This document shows, in pieces, positions 8,162 to 16,060 of a stretch of DNA of 28,236 nt (positions are counted from its first letter, which is position 1; every line of letters starts with the position of its first letter). The translations under genes were made by a program, and so were the position numbers. The stretch is from Geodermatophilaceae bacterium (GTDB lineage: Bacteria > Actinomycetota > Actinomycetes > Mycobacteriales > Geodermatophilaceae). The notes beneath the pieces were generated by a model that did no database searches, was not told the origin of the DNA, and worked only from the letters and a program-made list of their open reading frames with translations. The DNA is taken from positions 1-28,236 of the forward strand of contig JACCUF010000079.1 of NCBI GenBank assembly GCA_013811975.1, in the 5' to 3' direction.

Positions 8162-8212
8162 AGTAACTGGTCACCTGCCGCATATCGCACCTGCGGCAGG
8201 TGACCAATTACT
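8162..8212. repeat. Long inverted repeat (21-bp arms, 1 mismatch, 9-nt loop); REP-like element or terminator
   Basis: AGTAACTGGTCACCTGCCGCA (8162-8182) pairs with TGCGGCAGGTGACCAATTACT (8192-8212). Confidence 0.8.
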
Positions 8213-8226
8213 TGGCGAGGACCTGC

Positions 8227-8658
8227 TCACTCCCTGTCGCCCCCCGTCACCCTTTCCGCGAGGCGGCAGAACGTAGCCACCTCGCGGATCAGGTCATCGG
8301 CCTCCCGGGCAGTCACCGAACCGACGAGTCCGGCCTCGGCAGCGGCCCGCTTACCGGCGCCGGCAGCGAAAAACCCGGCCCACTCCCCCAGCTCCGGAGC
8401 CAACTCGATCAGCAGATCCCAGGCACTGCGCAATCCCCGCCGACGCGGCCGAACCCCCGACTCACTGCGTTGGGCGAGTACCGCTGCAGCGGCCCGCAGA
8501 GCAGCCAGATGTGCTCGGGCATAACGGGGTTCGGGCTCGGGCTCGGTGGCTGCCTCGACCAGTTCGGTCCGCGCCTGAGCCAGTAACGACGCCGCCGAAC
8601 CGCGCGCTTCAGGCCCGGCGCTGGATTGTGCTGTTCTGGCCGGAGAAGAATCAGTCAT
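8227..8658 (-). CDS. SAV_6107-family HEPN-domain protein
   Basis: Motifs LLAQAR..L.EA, RYARAHLAALRAAAAVLA, SAWDLL.ELAPELGEWAGFFAAGA.KRAAAEAG and READDL. Start ATG 8658 overlaps the DUF6504 stop (ATGACTGA). Confidence 0.8.
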   Translation of the reverse strand: MTDSSPARTAQSSAGPEARGSAASLLAQARTELVEAATEPEPEPRYARAHLAALRAAAAVLAQRSESGVRPRRRGLRSAWDLLIELAPELGEWAGFFAAGAGKRAAAEAGLVGSVTAREADDLIREVATFCRLAERVTGGDRE

Positions 8659-8965
8659 GGACACGGGCCAGTACCCACAGGTTGGCCGCCTCGTCCCAGC
8701 ACAGGTCGTAGACTCCGCCGGGAGCACCGCTTGCACCCTGGCCGGGCCGAGTCTCCACTCGCCACCAGTGAAGTTGCACGATCGCCTCGCCGCCGCTGAA
8801 TCGGCGCCACCAGGGACCGGACTCCACCCAGTGATCGAGAACGGCAGCCACGTCGTACAGACGCTCGCGCCACCAAAAACTGTGCGGTGTCACGCTTGAG
8901 TACACCCGGGTGCCCGCTTCCACGTCGATCGGCTCACCCCGACCCGCCTCTGGCAGACGGCTCAT
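8651..8965 (-). CDS. DUF6504-family protein (resembles the ImuB C-terminal domain)
   Basis: 104 aa with EPIDV..P.SFWWR.RLY.V..VLDHWVE.GPWW..WWRVE..GVYDL.WD..WVLARVHD. A clear AGGAGG SD precedes ATG 8965. Confidence 0.75.
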   Translation of the reverse strand: MSRLPEAGRGEPIDVEAGTRVYSSVTPHSFWWRERLYDVAAVLDHWVESGPWWRRFSGGEAIVQLHWWRVETRPGQGASGAPGGVYDLCWDEAANLWVLARVHD

Positions 8966-9014
8966 GAGCGCTAGACCTCCTGCACCTGAAACGACCAGCA
9001 CCAACCACGCCGCC

Positions 9015-9061
9015 ACTGAGCCGGAGCCGATACGGGTCGAGGGCCTCGGCCCCGGCTCAGT
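9015..9061. other. Stable hairpin in the 5' leader of the DUF6504 operon
   Basis: ACTGAGCCGG (9015-9024) pairs with CCGGCTCAGT (9052-9061), plus an inner GCCGA/TCGGC stem. Confidence 0.55.
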
Positions 9062-9094
9062 TCGTTCGGCACTTCTGAAGCAGTGCCCGATCAT

Positions 9095-9110
9095 TCGAAC
9101 ATGTGTTCGA
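9095..9110. promoter_or_regulatory. LexA binding site (actinobacterial SOS box)
   Basis: TCGAAC-ATGT-GTTCGA is an exact match to TCGAAC-N4-GTTCGA. The palindrome extends to 10-bp arms (9091-9114), about 130 bp upstream of the DUF6504-HEPN-dnaE2 cluster. Confidence 0.9.
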
Positions 9111-9190
9111 ATGACGGTCATCAGTGAACAACCTCAACCGCTCGAAGTCAACCCCGGATCTCCACATGGACCGTCACCTAGGCTCGGGGC

Positions 9191-9502
9191 GTGATCATGC
9201 ATCTGGCGACCTTTACCTGGCGTCCCGACGTGACCAACGACGACGTGGTGGCCGTCCTCGAAGGACTGAGCTCGCTGCCCGACCAGATTCCTGAACTGCG
9301 CTCCTACAGTTTCGGCCCGGACCTCGGACTGCGCGACGGCAACGCCGACTTCGCGGTCGCCGCCGTGCTGGACAGTCCGGAGACGCTACCGGCCTACCTG
9401 GACCATCCCGAGCACGTGCGGATCCTCAAGGAAATCATCGCCCCGCTGATCGCGACCCGTCAGGCGGTTCAGATCGAACTTCCTCCGGAGACTGCACCCT
9501 GA
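9191..9502 (+). CDS. Dabb family (stress-responsive alpha/beta barrel) protein
   Basis: Motifs MIMHLATFTW, L..LPDQIPELRSY.FG.DLG, DFAVAAV.DS..L..Y..HPEH. TAGGCT lies 6 nt before the GTG. Confidence 0.85.
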   Translation: MIMHLATFTWRPDVTNDDVVAVLEGLSSLPDQIPELRSYSFGPDLGLRDGNADFAVAAVLDSPETLPAYLDHPEHVRILKEIIAPLIATRQAVQIELPPETAP

Positions 9503-9546
9503 GGGACCGAGCTCAGGGCTAGGCACGGCTCGTCCGCGGCACGTCG

Positions 9547-10791
9547 CTAGGCCGGGCGGGTTTCGGGCATCCTGATCGCCAGCACCACGCCGATCGCTAG
9601 CACTGCCGTCGTCAGCGCGAACCCGGTGGAATAGCCGGCGGCCGGGTTCGACCCCCAGCCTCCACTGTCGACCAACGCCGATGCGGCGAGCGGCCCGATC
9701 ATCGCCCCGACGTCGATAGCCATCTGGTAGAAAGCCACGGCACCGCCGCTCCTGGCCGGGGCCACATCGGCGACAATGGCCGCCGGAGCGACCGCGAGGA
9801 TGCCGGTACCGACTCCGGATACGGCCATCGCGACCAGGAACAGCATCAGATTTGCGGGCGCGATGAGGATCGCCATGCCCGCAGTCGCCGTCGTCGTCCC
9901 GAGGATCATCAGCGGCCTACGCCCCACCCGGTCAGCCCAGCGTCCGGTGGGGAAGAGCGCCACCGCGTTGGCCACTGCGAAGACGCCAAGCCCGATGCCC
10001 GTCCACTCCGTGCCCAACCCCAGCGCCTCTCCGACGAACAGCGGGATCAACGAGAAGCGCACGCCGAAGGCCAACCATCCGATTCCGAGGCTGGCACCGA
10101 TCGCCGCGCGGTAGGCCGGAAGACGCAACATCGATCCGATGCTGGCTGTGCCAGGCGGGCCGTCCTCGATCGAGGCGGACACGTGGACCGGCGGTGGAAG
10201 CCGGCGCAACGCGACGAAAGCGACAACCGTCGCAACGACAAGCAGCGCTCCGTAGATGAAGAACGGCAATCTCAGCGAGATCGCCGCCAGCGGTCCGCCG
10301 ACCACCGGTCCTGCGATCCCCCCGACCAGGAAGCCACCGAAGAACACGCTGTTGGCCCGACCGCGGACCTGCGGAGGTGAGGTTCGGATCAGCAGGACGA
10401 CGGCCGAGACAGTGAACATCGCCGAGCCCAGGCCGCCGAGACCTCGCAGGAACAGCAGTTGCGGGTAGCTCTGCGCGAAGCCGGCCGCACCGCTGGTGAC
10501 GGCGGCCAACCCGATTCCGGTTACCAGGACTGCGGCCTCACCGAACCGGTCTACCAGTCTGCCGGAGAACAGCGCGGACACGATCCGCATCCCGGCGAAG
10601 GCGGTGACCACCAAGGCCGCCAACGTACGGCTGACCCCGAACTCCAGCGCGAAGTCCGGGATGGCCGGGGCGACGATGCCATACCCGATGGCCACGCACC
10701 CAGCCACCAACGCCAGGATCCAGGCCTCGCGGGGCAACTTCGGAGTGCCGTTCGCAGAGCTGCCGGTGGTCTCGTCTCCCCCGGCACTCAC
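9547..10791 (-). CDS. MFS transporter (DHA1-like)
   Basis: 414 aa with about 12 hydrophobic segments and MFS motif A in both halves (GRLVDRFGE, GRWADRVGRR). Confidence 0.88.
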   Translation of the reverse strand: MSAGGDETTGSSANGTPKLPREAWILALVAGCVAIGYGIVAPAIPDFALEFGVSRTLAALVVTAFAGMRIVSALFSGRLVDRFGEAAVLVTGIGLAAVTSGAAGFAQSYPQLLFLRGLGGLGSAMFTVSAVVLLIRTSPPQVRGRANSVFFGGFLVGGIAGPVVGGPLAAISLRLPFFIYGALLVVATVVAFVALRRLPPPVHVSASIEDGPPGTASIGSMLRLPAYRAAIGASLGIGWLAFGVRFSLIPLFVGEALGLGTEWTGIGLGVFAVANAVALFPTGRWADRVGRRPLMILGTTTATAGMAILIAPANLMLFLVAMAVSGVGTGILAVAPAAIVADVAPARSGGAVAFYQMAIDVGAMIGPLAASALVDSGGWGSNPAAGYSTGFALTTAVLAIGVVLAIRMPETRPA

Positions 10792-10812
10792 CCGTGCAGC
10801 ATGCCTGGACCT

Positions 10813-11496
10813 TTAGGAGCGAGCGCCCAGGCCCCTAGCCGCCAGGTACGAGACGAGACCGGCGGGGTTGCGGCTCTGCCCCAGCACCTCGCCGGGACCG
10901 GTGAATTCGAACACCAGCCCCTCGCCGCTCTTGAGCGCAGTCATCGACGACCCGCCCATCCGGCGGGTCGAAACCCCGATCCCGTCGGAGTAGGCGACCA
11001 AGTGACCGGTGTCGAGCACAACGCGCTCGCCAGGACCGAGGCGATGCACATCCAGCGCACCGAAGCACGAGACCAGCAGTTGCCCCTGACCCGTGGCTCG
11101 CATCAAGAAGCCACCCTCACCACCGACGAGATTGCCGAAACCCCCCCACTTGGTGTCGATCGTCACGCTCCATTCACTGGCCAACCAGCAGCCCTTGGAC
11201 AGGTTCCAGGCCCGCTCCGGCGAGGCCGGGAGCGCGACGACGTCACCCGGCAGGTTCGGCGCCACGTCGACCCATCCGCCGTACTGTCCGGCGGTGTAGG
11301 TCGTGATGAACAGCGATTCCCCGCCCAGTGCCCCGCGCGCCAAGGACTTCATCAGCCCGCCCTGCATCTGCGCCTGGACGTTCAGATCGGGCGACATGGC
11401 CGCCATCGCGCCGGCCTCGACCTGCAACGGTTCACCCGGGGCCAGCGTGACCCTGGCCACCGCGAAGCTCGGATTGTGCCTGATTTCCACCTGCAT
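10813..11496 (-). CDS. TIGR00266/AIM24-family protein
   Basis: Motifs L.PGE.L.VEAGAM.AMS, GGESLF, GGEGGF..RATGQG.L..S.FG, VLDTGHLVA and GEGLVFEFTGPG.V..QSRN. Start placed at ATG 11496 (MQVEI). Confidence 0.85.
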   Translation of the reverse strand: MQVEIRHNPSFAVARVTLAPGEPLQVEAGAMAAMSPDLNVQAQMQGGLMKSLARGALGGESLFITTYTAGQYGGWVDVAPNLPGDVVALPASPERAWNLSKGCWLASEWSVTIDTKWGGFGNLVGGEGGFLMRATGQGQLLVSCFGALDVHRLGPGERVVLDTGHLVAYSDGIGVSTRRMGGSSMTALKSGEGLVFEFTGPGEVLGQSRNPAGLVSYLAARGLGARS

Positions 11497-11561
11497 GACG
11501 TCCACCTGCTCTGACGCTGGGGTCCGGACCGAGGAAAAACCGGGATCGGGATACTGGCCGA

Positions 11562-12029
11562 GTGAATCCTAGGGTCGACTCGGTCAACCGCCGGCTGCGC
11601 GATGCCGGTGTCGTCGTTGAGGTTCGCATCCTGGAGTCCAGGGCGCACACCGCAGCCCTGGCCGCTGCCGCGCTGGGCGTCGAGGTCGGCGCCATCGCGA
11701 ACAGCTTGATCTTCGACGCCGGCGGCGTGCCATTGCTGGTGATGACCAGCGGGGGACATCGCGTCGACACGGCCAAGGTCGCCGCGCTTCTCGGCATCGC
11801 CAACCTGCGTCGTGCAGATCCCGATTTCGTACGGACCCACACCGGTCAGGCAATCGGCGGCGTGGCGCCGGTCGGTCATCCGGAGCCGATCGGAACCCTC
11901 GTCGACATCGAACTCGCCCGATATGAGCAGGTGTGGGCGGCGGCCGGCCATCCCTGCACGGTCTTCCCGACCAGCTACGACGAACTGCTCCGGATCACTT
12001 CCGGTACGGCCGCCGAAGTGGGCGACTGA
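11562..12029 (+). CDS. YbaK/EbsC family aminoacyl-tRNA deacylase-like protein
   Basis: Motifs TAALAAAALGVEVGAIANSLIF, ADPDFVR..TGQAIGGVAPVGH and WAAAGHP. Confidence 0.88.
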   Translation: MNPRVDSVNRRLRDAGVVVEVRILESRAHTAALAAAALGVEVGAIANSLIFDAGGVPLLVMTSGGHRVDTAKVAALLGIANLRRADPDFVRTHTGQAIGGVAPVGHPEPIGTLVDIELARYEQVWAAAGHPCTVFPTSYDELLRITSGTAAEVGD

Positions 12030-12070
12030 CCTGATCTGGGACTACCTTCCCGGCTCATGGTGCAACGATC

Positions 12071-12904
12071 ATGACGAACGCGTCGAACTTCACCGCCCTG
12101 CACTACGCGCAACGACCGTTCCTGCTGCCCAACGCCTGGGACGTGGCCTCCGCGGTCCTGCTTGCCGACGCCGGTTTTCCGGCGATCGGCACGACCAGTC
12201 TCGGTGTGACTGCAGCGGCAGGACTGCCGGATGGAGTGGGTGCCGGCCGCGACCTGACCCTGGCTCTGGTGCACGATCTCGTCCGGCGCCTGAGCGTGCC
12301 CCTCACGGTCGACCTCGAGGGCGGCTACTCCGACGATCCGCCGACCGTCGCTGCCCTGGCCACCGAACTTGCCGGACTGGGCGTCGCCGGGATCAACCTG
12401 GAGGACGGCCGCTCCGACGGCGGCCTGCGCCGCGCCGAGGAGCATGCTGCCGTCATAAGCGCAGTCGCCATCGGCGCGCCAGAACTGTTCATCAACGCCC
12501 GGACGGATACCTACTGGCTTAGCGTCGGCCCCGACGATCAGCGCCTCGACGAGACGCTGCGCCGGCTCGCGGCCTACCGCCACGCCGGCGCCACTGGAGT
12601 ATTCATCCCGGGCCTGACCGACTTGGCCGACACCGCGACTGTCGTCAAATCGGTGGCCCTGCCGGTCAACGTGCTCTGCCGTCCCGATGGCGATCTCAGC
12701 GCACTGGCCGCTGTCGGCGTGGCCCGGGTGAGTACGGGGTCTTCGCTGTACCGGCACGCCCTGGCCGCCGCCGTCAGTGTGGCCGACGCCGCGAGGGGCG
12801 GGCGGCGGCTGCAGCGCGCCGAACCGGTGGACTACGCATACCTGCAGAACAGTCTGTCGGCGAGGCGGGAGACGCGCGAGCCCGGAGCATGCGCCGACGG
12901 GTGA
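12071..12904 (+). CDS. Isocitrate lyase/PEP mutase superfamily protein
   Basis: Motifs LPNAWDVASA, GTTSLG, VDLEGGY, NLEDG, FINARTD, GA.GVFIPG and VARVS.G. Confidence 0.85.
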   Translation: MTNASNFTALHYAQRPFLLPNAWDVASAVLLADAGFPAIGTTSLGVTAAAGLPDGVGAGRDLTLALVHDLVRRLSVPLTVDLEGGYSDDPPTVAALATELAGLGVAGINLEDGRSDGGLRRAEEHAAVISAVAIGAPELFINARTDTYWLSVGPDDQRLDETLRRLAAYRHAGATGVFIPGLTDLADTATVVKSVALPVNVLCRPDGDLSALAAVGVARVSTGSSLYRHALAAAVSVADAARGGRRLQRAEPVDYAYLQNSLSARRETREPGACADG

Positions 12905-12997
12905 TGTGTCGCGTTCGAGTCCGGCCGAATCGGCGCTTCACCGGAGCTAGGCTCAGCGGGTGTCTTGCCCCGCTGCATCGAAACGGCGGTCTCCGCG

Positions 12998-13546
12998 GTG
13001 ACCCAACTGCAGCCCGCGCGCATCCTCCGGGTCGACGCGGAATGGATGCGTGAGCATCTGCGCGAAACCCTCGAGATCTACGGCGAGGCCATGGGCTATC
13101 CGGCCTCGGTCGTGGAGGCGCGGTACGGCCACGCCGCCTCGCACACGACGCGGATGGGGTTCGAGGCGGTGGCGGCCTTCGATCCGGCCGAGGCGCTGAT
13201 CGGTTTCGGGTACGGCTACACCACTCGTCCCGGACAATGGTGGTACGACCAAGTCGCCGATGCACTCGGCCGAGCACGGTCCCGGCAGTGGCTCCGGGAC
13301 ACCTTCGAGTTGTGCGAGTTCCACGTTGGGCCTGACCAACAGGGCATGGGAGTCGGGCGCAACCTGCTGCGTACCCTGCTCGGCGGAGTCGCCCATCCTC
13401 ACGTGGTGCTTTCCACACCGGACAGTGACACCCGTGCGTTCCGCCTGTACCGCTCCGAGAGCTTCGTGGATCTGATGAGAAGCCACTACTTCCCTGGCGA
13501 CACCCGACCCTTCGCCATCCTGGGTCTGACCCGGCGCCCGCGATGA
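12998..13546 (+). CDS. GNAT N-acetyltransferase (Rv2170-like)
   Basis: Motifs IYGEAMGY, GFGYGY..PGQWW, FELCEFHV.PDQQGMGVG (acetyl-CoA motif A) and A.RLYR..F.DL. The start is uncertain (TTG 12965 or GTG 12998). Confidence 0.85.
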   Translation: MTQLQPARILRVDAEWMREHLRETLEIYGEAMGYPASVVEARYGHAASHTTRMGFEAVAAFDPAEALIGFGYGYTTRPGQWWYDQVADALGRARSRQWLRDTFELCEFHVGPDQQGMGVGRNLLRTLLGGVAHPHVVLSTPDSDTRAFRLYRSESFVDLMRSHYFPGDTRPFAILGLTRRPR

Positions 13547-13740
13547 GTGAGCTACGGCTTCATCCACTCGCAGACGCCGCCGGGATCACCATGTTCCGAT
13601 TTATCGTCATCGCCACGTTGGAGCTGGCGGGCAGCCGGTGTCCAGGGGTGGTATCTGGGGCTGGGCGGCGGCAGTAGCATCGACGCCGTCCACGGCCCAA
13701 TCGGGGAGTCCTGGCGGCACGCCGGAGGCAGGTGGTCGCA

Positions 13741-15897
13741 ATGCCGGTCGGCTGGACTTTCGCGGGTGAGCCCTCGACATTCGGAGGTGCGGCTGGATCG
13801 GTCACCCTGGTCGAAGGAGCGGCGTTCTGCATCAGCGGGCGCACCGGCGACATCCAGGTCGGCGTCCCCCACGGGCTCTTTTTTCGCGACACTCGCGTGT
13901 TGTCGTGCTGGAAGCTGCTCGTGGATGGCGAACCGCCCGAGGCTCTGGCGACCATCTCGCGCGAGCCCTTCGCAACGACCTTCGTGGGCCGGGCCCGTCC
14001 GGTGCAGGGTCGGGCTGACAGCACCCTCCTCGTGCTCCGGCACCGGTACGTCGGCGGCGGGATGCGCGAGGATCTCGTGCTTCGCAATTTTGGCGACGAG
14101 CCCGCCTCGTGCAGCCTTGAACTCGAGGCGCAGGCGGACTTCGCCGATCTGTTCGAGGTGAAGGAGAGTCGGGTCCGCTTACATGGCCGACATCGGATCG
14201 TGGCTGGCGATGACGGGTTGCGCTTCGATCGGCGATGGCTCGGCGATCTTCGTGGGGTCAGGGTCCACGCCGATGGTTGGTTGGCACGTGACTCAGGTGT
14301 CCTGAGCGTGAAGGTCACCGTGCCGGCTCGCGGCGAATTCATTAGCTGCGTGCAGGTCCACCCTTCCGTCGATGGCGTCGAGAGCCCCCCGCACTACCCC
14401 TCCGACCAATTGGTTGAACTCGCCGAACCGGCTCGAAGGTTACGAGAATGGCGCCACACAAACCCGATCGTTCATACCGAGCACGAGGGCTTCAGCCAGC
14501 TCGTCAGGCGGGCGGCGGAAGATCTCGGCGCGTTGCGCATCGTCGATCCCGAGCACCGAGACCGGATCGCTGTGGCAGCGGGCGCGCCGTGGTTCATGAC
14601 CGTCTTCGGCCGCGACTCACTCCTGACCGCATGGATGGCGTTGCCGCTCGACCAAAGTCTCGCCGTGGGCACGTTGCGCACGCTTGCTCAGTACCAAGGC
14701 AGAGTGGTGGATCTGCGCAGCGACGAAGAGCCCGGCCGGATCCTGCACGAGATGCGCGACGGGATGGACTCCACCCGCGCGCTGGGTGGTGGATCGGTCT
14801 ACTACGGCTCGATTGATTCCACTCCGCTATTCGTGATGCTGCTCGGTGAGATGTACCGGTGGGGTGTGCCGCCGTCCGACCTGGATGAACTGCTGCCGGC
14901 CGCCGACCGGGCGATCGCCTGGATCGAGCAGTACGGGGATCGCGACGGGGACGGCTTCATCGAATACCTGCGCGGATCCGATCAGGGACTGGTCAATCAG
15001 GGCTGGAAGGACTCCTTCGACGGCATCACCTTCGCCGACGGCCGGATTGCCGAGCCTCCACTGGCCCTCGCCGAGGTTCAGGGTTATGCCTACGCGGCCT
15101 ACCTCGCGCGGGCGGAGATCGCCCAACGGATGGGGGACCTGGCGCTCGCACAGCGCTGCGGCGCACGAGCCAGCGCCTTGCGTACCGCCTTCAACGAGGC
15201 GTTCTGGCTGCCCGACCGAGGCTATTTCGCCCTCGCCCTGGACCGCGACAAGCGACCCGTTGACAGCGTCGCGTCCAACATCGGGCACTGCCTGTGGACG
15301 GGCATCGTCGACGAGGACAAGGCAGCCGTCGTCGCGCAGCGCCTGCTCGAGCCTGAGATGTTCACCGGCTGGGGTGTTCGGACGCTGGCCTCGTCCATGG
15401 CCGCCTACAACCCGATGAGCTATCACAACGGTTCGGTATGGCCGCACGACAACGCCATTATCGCGGCTGGACTCATGCGGTACGGGCACGTGGCACAGGC
15501 GCAGGTGGTAGCCCGCGGACTCATCGACGCTGGGGCCGCCTTCGCCGGACGGTTGCCGGAATTGTTCTGCGGCTTCGACCGCAGCGACTTCGACGCGCCG
15601 ATCCCGTATCCCACGTCCTGCTCTCCGCAAGCGTGGGCCGCGGCAAGCCCCTTGCTGCTGCTGCGTTCCATGCTGCGCCTAGACCCGGACGTACCTGATG
15701 GCAGAGTCTGGCTCGCGCCGATGCTGACCTCCGAGCTTGCCGACTTGCGGCTTGACAACGTCCCACTTGCCGGTAGCCGGATCTCAATGTCGGTCAGCAA
15801 CCACGAAGTGGCGGTGACCGGAATGCCGCCAGGCCTGGAGGTGGTCCGGAAGCCTCGGCCCGTCCCGGGGACGAATCCCCGCGGGGCTACACTGTAA
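13741..15897 (+). CDS. Amylo-alpha-1,6-glucosidase / glycogen-debranching-like glycoside hydrolase
   Basis: N-terminal GLFFRDTRVLS region, then AAGAPWFMTVFGRDS, EEPGRILHE, NQGWKDS, YHNGSVWPHDN and LPELFCG. ATG 13741 follows GGAGG/AGGTGG. Confidence 0.85.
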   Translation: MPVGWTFAGEPSTFGGAAGSVTLVEGAAFCISGRTGDIQVGVPHGLFFRDTRVLSCWKLLVDGEPPEALATISREPFATTFVGRARPVQGRADSTLLVLRHRYVGGGMREDLVLRNFGDEPASCSLELEAQADFADLFEVKESRVRLHGRHRIVAGDDGLRFDRRWLGDLRGVRVHADGWLARDSGVLSVKVTVPARGEFISCVQVHPSVDGVESPPHYPSDQLVELAEPARRLREWRHTNPIVHTEHEGFSQLVRRAAEDLGALRIVDPEHRDRIAVAAGAPWFMTVFGRDSLLTAWMALPLDQSLAVGTLRTLAQYQGRVVDLRSDEEPGRILHEMRDGMDSTRALGGGSVYYGSIDSTPLFVMLLGEMYRWGVPPSDLDELLPAADRAIAWIEQYGDRDGDGFIEYLRGSDQGLVNQGWKDSFDGITFADGRIAEPPLALAEVQGYAYAAYLARAEIAQRMGDLALAQRCGARASALRTAFNEAFWLPDRGYFALALDRDKRPVDSVASNIGHCLWTGIVDEDKAAVVAQRLLEPEMFTGWGVRTLASSMAAYNPMSYHNGSVWPHDNAIIAAGLMRYGHVAQAQVVARGLIDAGAAFAGRLPELFCGFDRSDFDAPIPYPTSCSPQAWAAASPLLLLRSMLRLDPDVPDGRVWLAPMLTSELADLRLDNVPLAGSRISMSVSNHEVAVTGMPPGLEVVRKPRPVPGTNPRGATL

Positions 15898-16060
15898 GCA
15901 GATTGTGGTCCGGCTCTCAGCGGTCGGGCCGGAAGCGGGCCGGAAGGTAGCGGCAAGCCTGCCTCCCTCGAAGCGATCAGCGTGGTCAGCCGGGATACCG
16001 GCGCCTCGTGTTCTGCACGCTGGAGGACGGCGCCATAAACAATTTCGGTCGCAGATGCCC

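Noticed and set aside
12908-12930. GTTCGAGTCC resembling a tRNA T-loop
   Set aside because: Flanks do not form the 5-bp T stem, and no acceptor, D or anticodon arms can be built.
13591-13677. 28-codon ORF MFRFIVIATLELAGSRCPGVVSGAGRRQ in the GNAT-hydrolase gap
   Set aside because: Weak SD and no recognisable family. It cannot be told apart from chance without conservation or Ribo-seq data.
15905-16060. 52-residue N-terminal extension of the GT4 from the ORF track
   Set aside because: The family begins at MKIA (16061). The extension is low-complexity and more likely intergenic.
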